Of a DNA stretch of 64,000 nt, positions 24,743 through 36,974 are shown in pieces. The notes below the pieces were generated by a model. It made no database searches and had not been told where the DNA came from. It saw only the letters and a program-made list of their open reading frames with translations. The stretch is from assembly GCA_051294905.1 (NCBI GenBank), contig CM119371.1, positions 32,428,001 through 32,492,000 on the forward strand. The letters are read 5' to 3'. The stretch's first letter is position 1. Each line of letters begins with the position of its first letter. The position numbers and the translations under genes were made by a program. Origin of the DNA: Botryllus schlosseri (taxonomy: Eukaryota).

Positions 24743-27649
24743 TTGAAAATAATGGAAGCTGAAGCAACGTCGGAGATAGCTGACGGCTCAGCCGTACAAA
24801 GTCAAACTGTGGCAACGTCAGGGAGTGCTGACTGCCCAGTTCCACCAAGTCCAGAGAATGTTAAAGATGAACGTGGAAGTGTCAAGAAAGAAATTGTGGA
24901 CCAGATCCCCGCGAAGAGCAAGTCAGTGGGTTCTGATGTTCCAACCAGTAGTGACGGCACTTTCCATGGATTCGATCAGAGATTGATTGAACTTGAACGT
25001 CAGTTCCGTGAAACAGAAAGAGATGTTAAAAGTCGCATCGAAGTGGTTGTGGATATTATAACGCAATCAGCGAATAAAGAAGAAGTAAGGGAAGCAATGA
25101 AAGGTGTTTCTTCCTACAGAGACGAATTGCGGAAAATTACCGGAGAAATTACTTCCAAGTACGCCGAAAATACGGAAACAAAGGACTTCACCAAAAGTCT
25201 GAGGTTGGTTGAAATGAAAATTGAGAAAGTTCAGCAAACCGTTATGGACTTCATGATGCTTCCATCCGAAAATGGATCCGTATGTAGCCGCGCGAGATCT
25301 GGAGCCGGCTCGAGATCGAGTCGCCATACACAACACAGTCGCACCAGCCTCGCCAGCAACAAAGAGCTACGTCATACGAGAATAAGGGAAGCAGCCGCTC
25401 TGGAAGCGAAACTGGAATTTTCAGAGCAAGAAGCTGAAATGAAGAAAAAGTTGTCGCAATTGGCTCTGAAGAGTCAAATTGCTGAAAAACGAGCCGAGAT
25501 CAAGGCTTGTGAGCAAATTGAAAAGGAGGAGAACCCCTTTGGTCTGGATGAAGATACCCAGTGTGTTGGATCTAACTTCGCAGAAATACAGAATAGCGTT
25601 CCGGTTTTGGATTCGGGAGACAAGGTAAAAAACTTTGTTTTAAGTGACTCTCATGACCGTCCCGAAGTAAGGCCATCTACTGTCAAATTTACGGAACCTA
25701 AAACACCAACGTTAGTTATTGATAAATCTCCCCCAATGAACCATGTCTCGTGTGTCGAACCGCAAGTAATTGAACAAAAACTGTTTGTGCCGAGTCCTAA
25801 ACCGCCCACCGATCATTCCATGCTTATACCAAGTGAACATCATTACAATGTAAGACCTAGGACGCGAATACCCGATATAAAAGTTTGGGTTTTTGATGGT
25901 GATGAAACCAACTATATAGAGTGGGAAAATTCGTTCAAGGCTTTGGTGGAAGATAGAGTCTGCTGTGTCAATGAGAAGATGAATTTGTTGAAACAGCATC
26001 TTGGTCCCAACCCGTTGAAAGTTGTTAAAAGTCATTTTTTGAATGGTACGGAGGAATCCTACCAAAAAGCAATCGGAGACTTGCGAGACAGGTATGGAAG
26101 CCCTGTTGTCATTGGCCAAACCTTCCTGAATAGACTGCGTGCTTGGCGCTACATAAAGGAATATGACAAACTTGGCCTGCGTGAATTCTCTGATTTTTTG
26201 GAGCAAGTAGTAGTCAACAAGCATTATGTATCAGAGTTGGGCATTCTTGATTACTCGTCAAGTCATATGTACATAGTGAAGAAGTTACCTCCGTCACTAG
26301 TCGAGAAGTGGCGTGTTAAAGTGTCGCAATACAAAGTGGAAACGAATGATAAAAATTGCTACCCGCCCTTTGAGTATTTCGTGTCATTTGTAAGAGATCA
26401 GTCAGAGCTTCAAAACATGCCGGAATTCAGAATGCTTAATGAAGACCGACATAGTAACGTCACTCATTCCGCTCAAAAGATTCCACGTGATAAGCCAAGT
26501 GTGTCATTCGGAACTAATGTGAAGCCAGATGAGTTCGACTGCATCTTTTGTAAAAAGAAAGGCCATCATATCCCGGATTGTGTTGATTTCGGGAAGTTGC
26601 CCTTCAATGAGCGGAAATCGTTTATGTACGACAAGTTTTTATGTTATGGGTGTGGAGAAAAGTGTAGTAGATCCCACAAGGGGCAAGACTGTACCAAGCG
26701 TGTGGTTTGCAAGACATGCGGCAAGTTTCATTTAACCAGCCTCCATTTGAGTTCTGCTTCTGGTGTTTCAAATTGCATTCAAGTCTGTGAGTCGGAAACC
26801 ATGGAAATCGATAATACCATGCTGGTGCCGGTCTGGGTTAATCCCAAGTCGGATCCCACGAAGATTACCCTTTGTTACGCTGCATTGGACTCGTTAAGTA
26901 ACCGTTCTTTTGTTACGGAAGAGATAAAGAGTGAGCTTCGTCTGAATAGTCAATCCACACATGTCGAATTGTCTACAATGAGCGGAAAGGATGCATGGCC
27001 TATTGAGAAAGTTTGGAACCTCGAAGTTACATCTTATGACAAGAAGAAGAGTGTCAACGTAGCACAAGCGTATGTCAGAGATGAGATACCCGCGAACAGA
27101 ACACAGATTCCTAAAGCGTCCGCATGCAAAGAGTGGGCTCACCTCCAGAAGGTAGCAGATGAGTTGCCTCCTTATCTACCGAATGCAAAAGTCGGCATCT
27201 TGCTGGGAAGTGATGTGGTCGCAGCCCTAATCCCTCGTGAGGTGGTAGCTGGGGGAGATAACGAGCCGTTTGCTATGAAGACAGACTTGGGATGGGGTGT
27301 TGTGGGTAAAATCTGTAAAGGCGTTGATCCTAACAATGCTATATGTCATAGGATCATCGTGCAAGAAATGAACAATGACGCTAACATCGTATTAGCGTCT
27401 CGAGCAAAAGAGATAATCAACCCGAACGCCGTGAAGAACATGTTCGAATTGGAGTTCGCCGAGCATAAAGGAAAGTTATCGTCGCTCTCCGTAGAAGATC
27501 GAAGATTCCTGCAGATGATTTCAGACGGGATAAAGCAGCGTCCAGACAAGCACTACGAAATGCCTCTCCCGCTTCGAGACGAGACTGTCGATATTCCCAA
27601 CAACAAATCGTTCGTTTTGAAAAGGACTGCCCAACTTGATTGGAATTGA
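24743..27649 (+). CDS. BEL/Pao Gag plus aspartic protease, truncated just before RT
   Basis: Coiled coil; FDGDETNYIEWENSF..L Gag core; three Cys/His knuckles (CIFCKKKGHHIPDC, CYGC..H..C, CKTCGKFHLTSLH); protease YAALDSLS, ILLGSD, KTDLGW; then YEMPLP..PNNK and an abrupt stop. First ATG is near 24752. Confidence 0.92.
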   Translation: MKIMEAEATSEIADGSAVQSQTVATSGSADCPVPPSPENVKDERGSVKKEIVDQIPAKSKSVGSDVPTSSDGTFHGFDQRLIELERQFRETERDVKSRIEVVVDIITQSANKEEVREAMKGVSSYRDELRKITGEITSKYAENTETKDFTKSLRLVEMKIEKVQQTVMDFMMLPSENGSVCSRARSGAGSRSSRHTQHSRTSLASNKELRHTRIREAAALEAKLEFSEQEAEMKKKLSQLALKSQIAEKRAEIKACEQIEKEENPFGLDEDTQCVGSNFAEIQNSVPVLDSGDKVKNFVLSDSHDRPEVRPSTVKFTEPKTPTLVIDKSPPMNHVSCVEPQVIEQKLFVPSPKPPTDHSMLIPSEHHYNVRPRTRIPDIKVWVFDGDETNYIEWENSFKALVEDRVCCVNEKMNLLKQHLGPNPLKVVKSHFLNGTEESYQKAIGDLRDRYGSPVVIGQTFLNRLRAWRYIKEYDKLGLREFSDFLEQVVVNKHYVSELGILDYSSSHMYIVKKLPPSLVEKWRVKVSQYKVETNDKNCYPPFEYFVSFVRDQSELQNMPEFRMLNEDRHSNVTHSAQKIPRDKPSVSFGTNVKPDEFDCIFCKKKGHHIPDCVDFGKLPFNERKSFMYDKFLCYGCGEKCSRSHKGQDCTKRVVCKTCGKFHLTSLHLSSASGVSNCIQVCESETMEIDNTMLVPVWVNPKSDPTKITLCYAALDSLSNRSFVTEEIKSELRLNSQSTHVELSTMSGKDAWPIEKVWNLEVTSYDKKKSVNVAQAYVRDEIPANRTQIPKASACKEWAHLQKVADELPPYLPNAKVGILLGSDVVAALIPREVVAGGDNEPFAMKTDLGWGVVGKICKGVDPNNAICHRIIVQEMNNDANIVLASRAKEIINPNAVKNMFELEFAEHKGKLSSLSVEDRRFLQMISDGIKQRPDKHYEMPLPLRDETVDIPNNKSFVLKRTAQLDWN

Positions 27650-28932
27650 GCGCTGCTGTTGTGTCGTCGCGGATGAGTCGGTTTCTTCGCGACGAGTTGA
27701 AGTATGAGAATGTTGTTGAATATTTCTGGGTTGATTCCATGGTAGTTTTAGGCTACATCAAAAATGAGGCAAAGCGGTTTCACGCGTATGTCGCAAATCG
27801 AGTCCAGACAATCCATGACCATACCAATGTGGATTCATGGTACTACGTGCCTTCTGCACAAAACCCGAGTGATGATGCCAGTAGAGGTATCCCTGTGAGT
27901 GATTTTAATGCAAAATGTCGTTGGTTGTGTGGCCCTAGTTTCCTGCATGTCGTGGGTCCCTTTGCGGCCCCTGAGTCCACCTTTGAACCGTGCGATGTCT
28001 TTGGTATATACTACGTGAAAGAGAAGCGATCTACTCTGAAGCGTTATTGTGTTTTGTTTACTTGTTTGTCGTCCCGTGCTATCCATTTGGAATCGTTGAA
28101 TGCTATGACCACTGATTCCTTCATCAATGCCCTCCGCAGAATGTTGGCCCGTAGAGGTCCTATGAAGCAACTGAGATGTGACTGTGGCACAAATTTTGTC
28201 GGCGCTAGTAATGAGCTGAAAAAAGCTGCTTTGAAATTGAACCAAACTAAAGTGAAAAACTTCTTGTTGAATGAGCATTGCGATTTTATTGAATTCAACT
28301 TTGCCGTTCCCCATGCTAGTCACATGTCAGGAGCAGTCGAAAGACAAATCCGAACCGTGAAGGCTGCTCTTAATCCTTTGTTGCTGAAATTTGGTCATAT
28401 CTTGTGTGATGAGTCTTACCGTACCTTTCTTACCGAAGTTGAGAATATTGTAAATTCAAGACCGTTGTGTGTGCAAAATTTGAATGACCCATCAGCGCCA
28501 ATCCCATTGTCCCCTCAGCATATTCTCACATTGAAGTCTAAGGTTTTATTGCCTCCACCAGGAGTATTTCAAAAATGTGATATATATTTGGTCAAGAGAT
28601 GGCGCAGGGTTCAGTACCTTGCCAATGAGTTTTGGAGTAAATGGAAACGTGAGTATTTGAGCTCACTGCAAAATCGAAGTAAATGGAATGATGTCAAACG
28701 GGACTTCAAACCCGGCGATATTGTTTTAATTTCCGACCCTAATCAGCCCCGGAATTCTTGGAAACTTGGCCGAGTTGAGGTTGTCACGCCAAGTGGTGAT
28801 GGGCACATTCGGAAAGCAACTGTGTTAGTTGCGACAACGGAGCTTGATGCAAAGGGTAGACGCACTGCTTCTTCCACTTATGTTGACCGCCCCATTCACA
28901 AGTTGGTGCTTTTGATATCAGTCGATTCTTGA
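27640..28932 (+). CDS. BEL/Pao RNase H C-terminal part fused in frame to the integrase core and C-terminal domain
   Basis: LELSAAV, FWVDS..VLGYI, YVANRV, NPSDDASRG and WLCGPSFL, followed directly by CDVFG, RCDCGTNF and GAVERQIR (D,D,E), then RWRRVQYLANEFW and DRPIHKL. Confidence 0.88.
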   Translation: MELSAAVVSSRMSRFLRDELKYENVVEYFWVDSMVVLGYIKNEAKRFHAYVANRVQTIHDHTNVDSWYYVPSAQNPSDDASRGIPVSDFNAKCRWLCGPSFLHVVGPFAAPESTFEPCDVFGIYYVKEKRSTLKRYCVLFTCLSSRAIHLESLNAMTTDSFINALRRMLARRGPMKQLRCDCGTNFVGASNELKKAALKLNQTKVKNFLLNEHCDFIEFNFAVPHASHMSGAVERQIRTVKAALNPLLLKFGHILCDESYRTFLTEVENIVNSRPLCVQNLNDPSAPIPLSPQHILTLKSKVLLPPPGVFQKCDIYLVKRWRRVQYLANEFWSKWKREYLSSLQNRSKWNDVKRDFKPGDIVLISDPNQPRNSWKLGRVEVVTPSGDGHIRKATVLVATTELDAKGRRTASSTYVDRPIHKLVLLISVDS

Positions 28933-29152
28933 TTGTCTGTTTTTCGCTGTGTGATATGAGTGAATCTCGTTATTTTTTTGTCGTTGTTATTGTTATTTGT
29001 TTCGTACATACTTGAGACCATTTGGATCTCTCGTACTCTATGTGTTATCAGTGTAGTCCGATTTCCCGAAGTGGAGCCACATTGTTTACACGTTTGCAAA
29101 AATGGTTGTAAAGACATTTTATGTTGCACAAAAATGTCCTTAAAAGGGGGAG

Positions 29153-29595
29153 TGTAAATGTCTGTCCCGATTCCGTTGTGCGCGAAAGCGTAAATAGGTC
29201 ACTCTCGAAGCCACGAGCTGTGACGGCACAGTTAGTCTACGACGCACGTGTTCTCAGAGCCCGCATATGGAGGTCGGCGCGCTGGCGCGGCAGACGTAAG
29301 ATAGACAATTGGCTCCATTTCGCTTCATTTATTCTTTCTATTTCTTATTGAACCGCAGTATCATTGAACCTGGTAAATCTACAAGTTTCTGACCACTAAT
29401 TACTACTATTTGGCTGTTCTGTGCTAGTAAAGAAAGCTCCTTGGATCTGCGTGTGTGATCAGGATTGCAAGAGTACTCAGAGCGGTCATTAGTCAGTCAA
29501 CTAGTGCGTGCAACGGGAACTGTAGCTGTAGCGTCGACTCCGATCAAGCATTATACCAGCGTGTCTTGCAACAAGTCGTTGCAGCGACCGCTACA
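29153..29595 (+). repeat. 3' LTR
   Basis: Follows the polypurine tract and is followed by TSD GGAAT. Confidence 0.96.
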
Positions 29596-31147
29596 GGAAT
29601 TATACAACTGATTATATGATTACATGATTACATCACTTGTAACAGTGATGAAAATAGTACCAACACTGCTCCATGAGGAAATTAGTCGGAGGCTGAGTCC
29701 GAGTCGCTAAATTTAATAACGCTGGAGTCGGAATTGTCATCAAGTCTATTGAAAATGTCTGGAATCAAAGTCGGAGTTGCAGTCGGTGGTAAAAGTTACC
29801 GACTCCACATCCACAGTCCTGGCTGTAACTGCCGCGTTCCAAACTCCCCGCTTTGAAAGAGGCAGAAATATATTGTAAATGAACATAAAGTGAAGGTATT
29901 TAACTACTTATCCATGCGATTTGGTGTCACTATGTTTATTGTTGGTAAACATCCGCTTTGAAAAAAAAAACTGTGTTAGCAATCATGAGATCTGGTAATG
30001 TTCCTAATATATCGTGCTGCTCGAGGGCGCGGTCTGTTACTAAATGAAGGACTTAACCAACATGCTTTTGCATTGCTGCGTGACTAATAAATGAGCTCTT
30101 ACATTATTACACGTTATTCGACTTAGCTAGATTGACAGTCATAAATACAACAATTTTATGGGGTTGGTTGTAGTGGCGTAGCAGCATGTGCTGCCGCCCG
30201 TGGCTTTTGATGAAAATGCCGCCCAATAAGCACACCGCAGCAAATTTCGACATAGCTCACTTTTCAACACTCTTCAATAAAAAAAATAATTACAAATAAT
30301 ATGCGCTGTATCAGAAGTTCTATATATTGCTTTAGAAAGAAGCCTCACCGTCTCAGCGTTTGTAAGGCGAAAAACAAAAATGACATGAAATGGAGAACGA
30401 ATGTATTAGTCCAGGGGCGGCCAACCCGTCGCCCGCGAGAAGATTTTGAGTGGCTGGCGAAATAATTCGCGAAATTAGCTGTAATATTAAATAATAAGTA
30501 TTCCATGTAATTTATTACGGTTAGATATATCGTCTGCTATCGACGCAACAAAGTATGTAATTTATTGTGAATTTGCAAGGCCAACCAAAAATTTGATAAA
30601 CTTTACAGCGAAATTTGGGTTGGTAATGACTTGAGCATCATTTCCGACGCAATGACGTAGCCAGGGGCCAGCCAGATTTTTCATAAGATCTTCGTATATG
30701 ATCATAAAGTAGAATATTTCATAGCAGATTTATTTGACTTGAAATTTTTATTAGCACTCAGCGCGATTTATTGTCACTCAATTTCCTGCTTTTAGTACCC
30801 CCTCCTGAAAATTTACCGAATTTAGTCTGACAATACTCGCAATTATAAGAGAACGTGTCGTCCAACATCCGACTTCGCATCTGCATTTGCAGAAAGATGA
30901 TAGGTGATGATGAAACCTTTGCACAAAATGATAGCGCCGAATACTCCTGTCCTTGTCAAATGAGCCTAGCGGCATACAGAGGCGACCCGCAATATATACA
31001 AGTGACATAGGTATTGACAGAACTCATTCATTAACTTACAAAAATGTTAGCGCTTGGCGCGGTTAGTTCACGAGTGCACTATGCACGCTGACTTTTCACG
31101 ACATAATTGTTATCGATTTCGATGCGTAGTAATATACGTCTTGTTGC

Positions 31148-31714
31148 CAGGGTTGTAATGACTCGAGTCATGACTCGACTCGAGTCACGATTTTCTGATG
31201 ACTCGACTTGACTCGAGTCATTTTCTAAAAATACGGAAATGACTCAACTCGAGTCAATCTGTGTATTGACTCGACTTAGTCTCGAGTCATTGCGCATGAC
31301 TCGAACCAAGTCATATGACTCGAGACCAAGACCGACATTTCATTGTGATTTCGAAGACGAGTAAAGAAACCGCCCTATCGCGTCGGGACTTTGACTTTTG
31401 GTACTGGTATACTTGAAAAAGCGACCAGAAACTGTTAAAAGTGAGGAAAATTAGTATATTACAAACGCGAACCAGTCGATATCACCAAACAGAGTTATAA
31501 AAGTGGGTTTAACAAAGCTTTAACTGGAAACTAAGCAGTCAACACAATGACTTGGACTCGGACTCGAGTCATAATACCATGACTCGGACTTGAATCTCGG
31601 GTCGATGACTTGGACTCGGTGGTGAATTAAAAATGACTCGACTTGACTCGTGTCAAAACTATAAAAGTGAGATTGACTTGTGACTCGGAGCCTTGTGACT
31701 CGGTTATAACCCTG
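31148..31714. mobile_element. MITE with GACTCGAGTC repeats
   Basis: CAGGGTTGTAA / TTATAACCCTG termini with dense TGACTCGAGTCA motifs. Confidence 0.7.
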
Positions 31715-32231
31715 CTATAACCCGACTCAAGAAAGGTCATCAAAATTCAACATCCAAGTGCGCAATGATTCCCAAATCTCATGTGGCCCTTTGGCCGAAA
31801 GGGTTCGCGCCATGTATTGGGCAAATAAAACAAAATCAATAGCCGCCTCATAACTGAACTTTTTGGGCTTTCTGCGGAACGAAATCACCGAAAATAATCT
31901 AAAAATCAAGTTTTTGAACGTAGACCCTTTCTATAAAAAATGGATAGAGGTGATCGCCGATCCTCATTCATGGTAGAACGTAAATAAGACTTTATCAGTT
32001 TGAGCTTCGAGAAGCTCCTCTCAGAGTTCGCAATTGAAACACAAATGGTATTGTCGGACACGAATGGTGTCGAATCAAGTAGGTGTGATTTAACTAATCA
32101 CTGTAAAACATCGAACGCTGTTGCCTTACGATCAAAAGTGGTTTCACTGCTCCGCACCAGCCTTTTAAATCTGTCAATTTTCGCACCTAACTCCAATTTA
32201 ACCATAGAATAATGTTCTTAATCGAAAGCTA

Positions 32232-33078
32232 TTGTTGTTGTTGTTGTTAGTACTATACATGGTGTTAGGTAGGCTTACCATACGTCCTCTTTTAAGAGGA
32301 TTTGTCCTCTTTTTTGACTTTTTTGAAAGTGTCCTCGGAGGACGCCCTTTTGTCCTCTTTTTTGAGATTTTGTCCTCTTTTTTGAAAATTTAGGTCAGAT
32401 TTAGAGCAAATTGCAAGTGATATGCCGCAAATTAGCACAGAGGTGAAGCTCCGGCGGATATTTCTGAGTGAAAAACGGTGACTTTAGCTCTGAGCGAAAA
32501 GATGACTTTTTTTTTTTTTTTAGTCAACCGATCACAAAGTGGGAAAAATTCACCGGTTTTTGAGAATTCTACTCCGGTTTGGCATCTTGCAAATTTCTGA
32601 AAAAGTGTCCTCTTTTTACATTTCCAAAATATGGTAAGCATATGTTAGGCTACTATGACCTTTTACACCAGGTCTTAAGAGTCTGACAAAGCCACTAGCG
32701 TCACAACTGTCTGCCGGTGTGGATAACGAATTCAGCCACTGGTAGTATAATCCGTGGATCTGATAACAGTTTTGTGAGCTGAAACGGTATGCCTATGCCT
32801 GGATTCGCCGCTGTCGTCTTCCAATGATTGCGGGGAGTCGAATAGCGTTCGCAATAAATTAAAAAGTGTTCGACCGTCTCGTCGATATCGCACGTATCGC
32901 ACAAACCCGTCTCGTGACATCCGATTCTGCGAAGGTGCCAGTGGAGTATACAGTAGCCCGTTTGCAATCTTATCAGAATTGACGAGATTGTTCGTGAGGA
33001 TATGCTGCAGCTTGGCATGATTGGCCGTACAGAGGTGAACGCAATATATGTAAGAGGCATTAGTATCGACCGAACCAA
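32232..33078 (-). mobile_element. 5'-truncated I-group LINE 3' end with (AAC)n tail
   Basis: RLQTGYC.LHWHL.RIG...LCDTCDIDETVEHFLIYCERY C-terminal CCHC motif. (TTG)n on + at 32232-32248. A MITE is inserted at 32270-32642. Confidence 0.75.
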
Positions 33079-35512
33079 TGTAAAACATCGAACGCTGTTG
33101 CATTACGATCAAAAGTGGTTTCACTGCTCCGCACCCGCCTCTTAAATATGTCAATTTGCGCATCTAACTCCAATTAAACAATAGAATACTGTTCTTAATC
33201 GAAAGATATTGTTGCCGCCTTGATTCGGTTTGGTCAGGACAACGGAACCACCCCGAAATAGCCGTCTAAGTTTGAAAATATCGGCATTATTCCGAATATT
33301 CGCTTGATACAATTTCCATTATCATGGTCAATCGGTCATTGTTTTGCGGCGCTCCGATTGTTCGGAACAATTGGCCTTGCCGGCAATTTCGGAGTGCTTC
33401 CATTGACATGCTCACATTTTAATTTGTGTTTTTGGAATCAGTGCGACACTAGCTTTTGATTGAGAACATTTGATTGAATTTGAGCTCTCGGGCAGCCAGC
33501 TATTGGACTACAAATTAGAAGCTGCTTTTAGCCGGCTGTGTACACTGTGCACTGTGCAGACTCATTTTCCCACTCACTTGGAGCCTGCTGCTCCTGGCGC
33601 AGAGCCATAACCGCCAAGTGGCACCTACGACACTGGTTGGCAGTAAAACGTTGTAAAATTTTCCCACTCTAGTATAGTTTCGCTTCAACAGGTTTAAATT
33701 GACCCAAATTTCGCGTGTAGCGTTCTTTAGCCCACCTAACAATTTTATCGAATATACAGTCAAATTCGAAGAAAGTTATTTTTGAACATTTCAACTAACT
33801 GACGTGTTTTGAGTAGTTCTAGTTCTTGTTCTATTTGCTAATTTGGAAAATTATGTAGGCCTGCGAGAGCATTTTGTGCAGCTCGCGTCGGCATTTTGGA
33901 ATTTCAAGTAATCAACAATATATTTAAGTGGCATATATCTTTCTAGATATAAGAACTTAAAGTTTACGCAAAAACTACTATAAAAATCATTGAAACCCCA
34001 ACAAACATCACTATCACATCACTTTTAAAAGTTACCTTGCGGATCAGCTATTACGTCACATTTCTAGTTCATGATGATAAAACATGACCCGTTGATGATT
34101 TGCGACTGAAAATTGTGAATTGGTTTGGTGCGACCTTCTCGTAAAATTACTTGATTTTGGATTGACTGGGTGATGAAATAAAAATGACTCGAGTTGAGTC
34201 GGGTCAAACGGTGAAATCGGAGAAGGACTTGCGACTCGAGATGGTGACTTGGTAATCCTACGGACGCAACTTTGCAACTTTCATGCAGAATAGTAATACA
34301 TCAAAAGGTCGTAGCTTGCGTTGCATAGGGTATATAGATATTTAATCAGGTCAGTATGGCAACTATGGGTATTCTTTTACCCCCGTGACGTATGTAGTTG
34401 GTTACACGATGTATGTTGTTTTTTCTCTTCATCCATGTTATTATTATCGGTGGCGAGTGAGGTGGCAGTACGCTCCGCAGCTGTAACACCAACGAATTCT
34501 TCGCCGATTGGAAATTTCTATTCCAGGGGTTCTTAACCAGGGTCCGTAGACCCCATCGGGGTACGAAGCACCACATCATGGAGTAAGAGATGCATTGTAG
34601 AATTTGTAGGCCCATATGCTGTGGAATATTTTCTTGGTCAAATTATTCAACTGGAAAATAGTCTTCGCGCTGCGCGCGATTTTGTGAATGGGCTTTCTGA
34701 TTTAAATAGGTACCATCAGAAATTGTGTTTAAACTTGACAGGGGCTATGAGAAATCATATTGGAAGCACAAGGGGTACGATCACTAAAATGGTTAAGAAG
34801 CAATGCTATTACTATGGCTCAATAATGAGTGTAGTTAAGTTGTCATTGATATATCGAAGGCGAAATCCTACGCTTATTTAATGTGTGTTTAGCAATGACA
34901 GTAACAATAGCCTATATTTACCACGACGATACCAAGACCATAGGATTAGGCTGCACCGCTCAAATACTCTGATATCATACCAATCTTCAGTAGATCTTAA
35001 AATAGTCAACGTAAAGTTGTTGCATGTCATAGGTCCGCTAGTTGCAATATTATAACCCGACAGTTTTGCGATGTCATGGATGCATCCTCTCACATGATGT
35101 CTATAACTCGTTAATTAAAAAAATTCTGCCCGGCACAAAAACAATTTTATTCAAATATTTGAAAATGTGATTTTTTCCCGTGTCAAAAAGCGTTAGTAGT
35201 GCAATAGTAAATTACATTTCCACGATGTTTGTGGAATGCCCGTCTGCAAGGTCCCGTCAAATAAGGCCATTAAATATCCCTATCATTGATGCTGCGGCCC
35301 GTGGCGTCATCAAAACTAGAAAATTGGCCCTCGAGCACATTTGAGCTTGAGACCTCTGTTTTAAGTGTTAGTTCTAGTTGCAGGTTTCAAAAAGTGAGTA
35401 GTTCTAGTTTCAGTTCCGGATTTTAAGAAGTTGTTAGTTCTAGTTCTAGTTTTAGTTATTAGTTCTAGTTCTAGTTCAAATTTAGGCTTTCGTTAGTGAC
35501 ATCACGGTAAGC

Positions 35513-36684
35513 CAGGGGTGGGCAAACTACGGCCTACTGGCCGCATGCGGCCCGCCACACCGTTCTGTGCGGCCCGCGAGAGTCTGAAGAAACCTATTAG
35601 AAATATTGATATAATGCGTCCTAAAATTCGAATTAATGCTAGGACTTGATTAAACTATTTCTTAGTATATTTCACCATGATAATTCTAAGGCAGTGGTTC
35701 TCAAACTGGAGGCGTGAAAGCATCAGAAGGGGGCGCAAAGCTGAGCACGACTGAAAAAAATTTTCGCGCTCAGCGCGATTTACATCCAATTCATAGTTAG
35801 TGCTCTATATTTAGTCTGGATTTCATATTTAAAAATCTCTCATTCACAGTCGCAACCTTCCATACCATCAAACTATCCGTTTGGTTTGCTAGCATCCAAG
35901 TCGCGTTTTGTGATATGGCGGTAAGGTGCGCGCGAAATCTTTCACCATCATAAAGGGAGGGGGTGTCCTAAAAGTTTGAGAACCACTGTTCTAAGGTAAA
36001 TACTTCCTATATCATTTTTTATGTTTCATTTCTGGCACGACAGTCCGATTTCAAGGACCAGGCATTTTGAAAGGTTTCAACTGCTAAACATCACAGAAAT
36101 CCTAAACGAGATTGACATAATTCGGATCACGAGTGTGATTTCAGATTGACCACTCCAGTTTTATTTTCAATTCAGTAATGTGCGTATAAAAGACGATTCT
36201 CGCGTGTCTTAGGTAGATTCGTTATCTGTAAGCGTAGAATTAGGGCATTTATATTTTCTTTACACACTGTAGAAGTGGTCTGAAGCTAACAAGGTTATGA
36301 TGCTGTCAGCATTGCATGTCCTGGAACGGAACGAAAAGTGGAATTAGTAAATCTATGAACAGATCGCTGCTCACAGATTTAAATTTCAATCCTGTTCTAA
36401 GAATCGGGACAACCGACTTACATCTGTATGATTTTGACAAATTGTTTATTGAGGTCGACCAGCCTATGAAATCTCGCCACTGTTTCTGACGAGTGTACGA
36501 TAACAACAACGAAGTAATGTTTGGTTTGTTTTAAATAAGCATATACATTATCTCCATGTCCTCACTATATATTCAAATAAAAATATTACGTTTTGGTTTA
36601 TGATCCCAATTTTATATAGTGCGGCCCGCGAATGGATTGAGATGTTGAATGCGGCCCGCGAGCTCAAAATTTTGCCCACCCCTG
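35513..36684 (-). mobile_element. Composite hAT MITE, copy 3
   Basis: Perfect TSD CGGTAAGC. The inner MITE 35692-35988 has its own perfect TSD TTCTAAGG. Confidence 0.93.
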
Positions 36685-36974
36685 CGGTAAGCATACAACA
36701 GAAACAGATCAAATATTGTTATTGAAATCATCGCGATTTACCTCCAATTCACGCGTGATTCTCTACAGACTGAATTTCATATTTTTGAACTCTCTAATCA
36801 GCAGTCATAACCTTCCATGCCATCAAACAATCTGTTGGGGTTGCTAAGCAACCCGGTTTAATTTTGTGATATGACGACAGGGGGCGCGGAATTTTTCACT
36901 ATCATGAAAGGGGGTGTGTCTAAAAAAGGTTGAGAATCACTGATCTATAGTGATGAAACCTGGGTTGCAGAACA

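Larger units (their letters stand above)
24259..29595 (+). mobile_element. BEL/Pao LTR retrotransposon, internally deleted (no RT), very recent insertion
   Basis: Two 443-bp TG...CA LTRs with no differences found by eye, 5-bp TSD GGAAT, polypurine tract AAAAGGGGGAG at 29142-29152, and Gag-PR and RH/IN ORFs. Confidence 0.96.
23909..29821. mobile_element. hAT-type MITE (GGAGTC repeats) split by the LTR element
   Basis: CAGGGCTCTGGAGTCGG ... CCACAGTCCTG. GCTGTAAC occurs 4 nt before the left end and directly after the right end. Confidence 0.6.

Noticed and set aside
27600..27650. Programmed -1 frameshift joining the two BEL ORFs
   Set aside because: ORF2 has an in-frame TGA at 27637-27639, the overlap is only 10 nt, and there is no slippery heptamer. 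A deletion junction explains it better.
25067..28323. Minus-strand ORFs within the BEL element
   Set aside because: Antisense shadows of gag/pol with no motifs.
31150..31714. Palindromic GACTCGAGTC arrays (also 5470-5836) resembling a CRISPR array or iterons
   Set aside because: Spacing is irregular, there are no unique spacers, and they are bounded by MITE termini in eukaryotic DNA.
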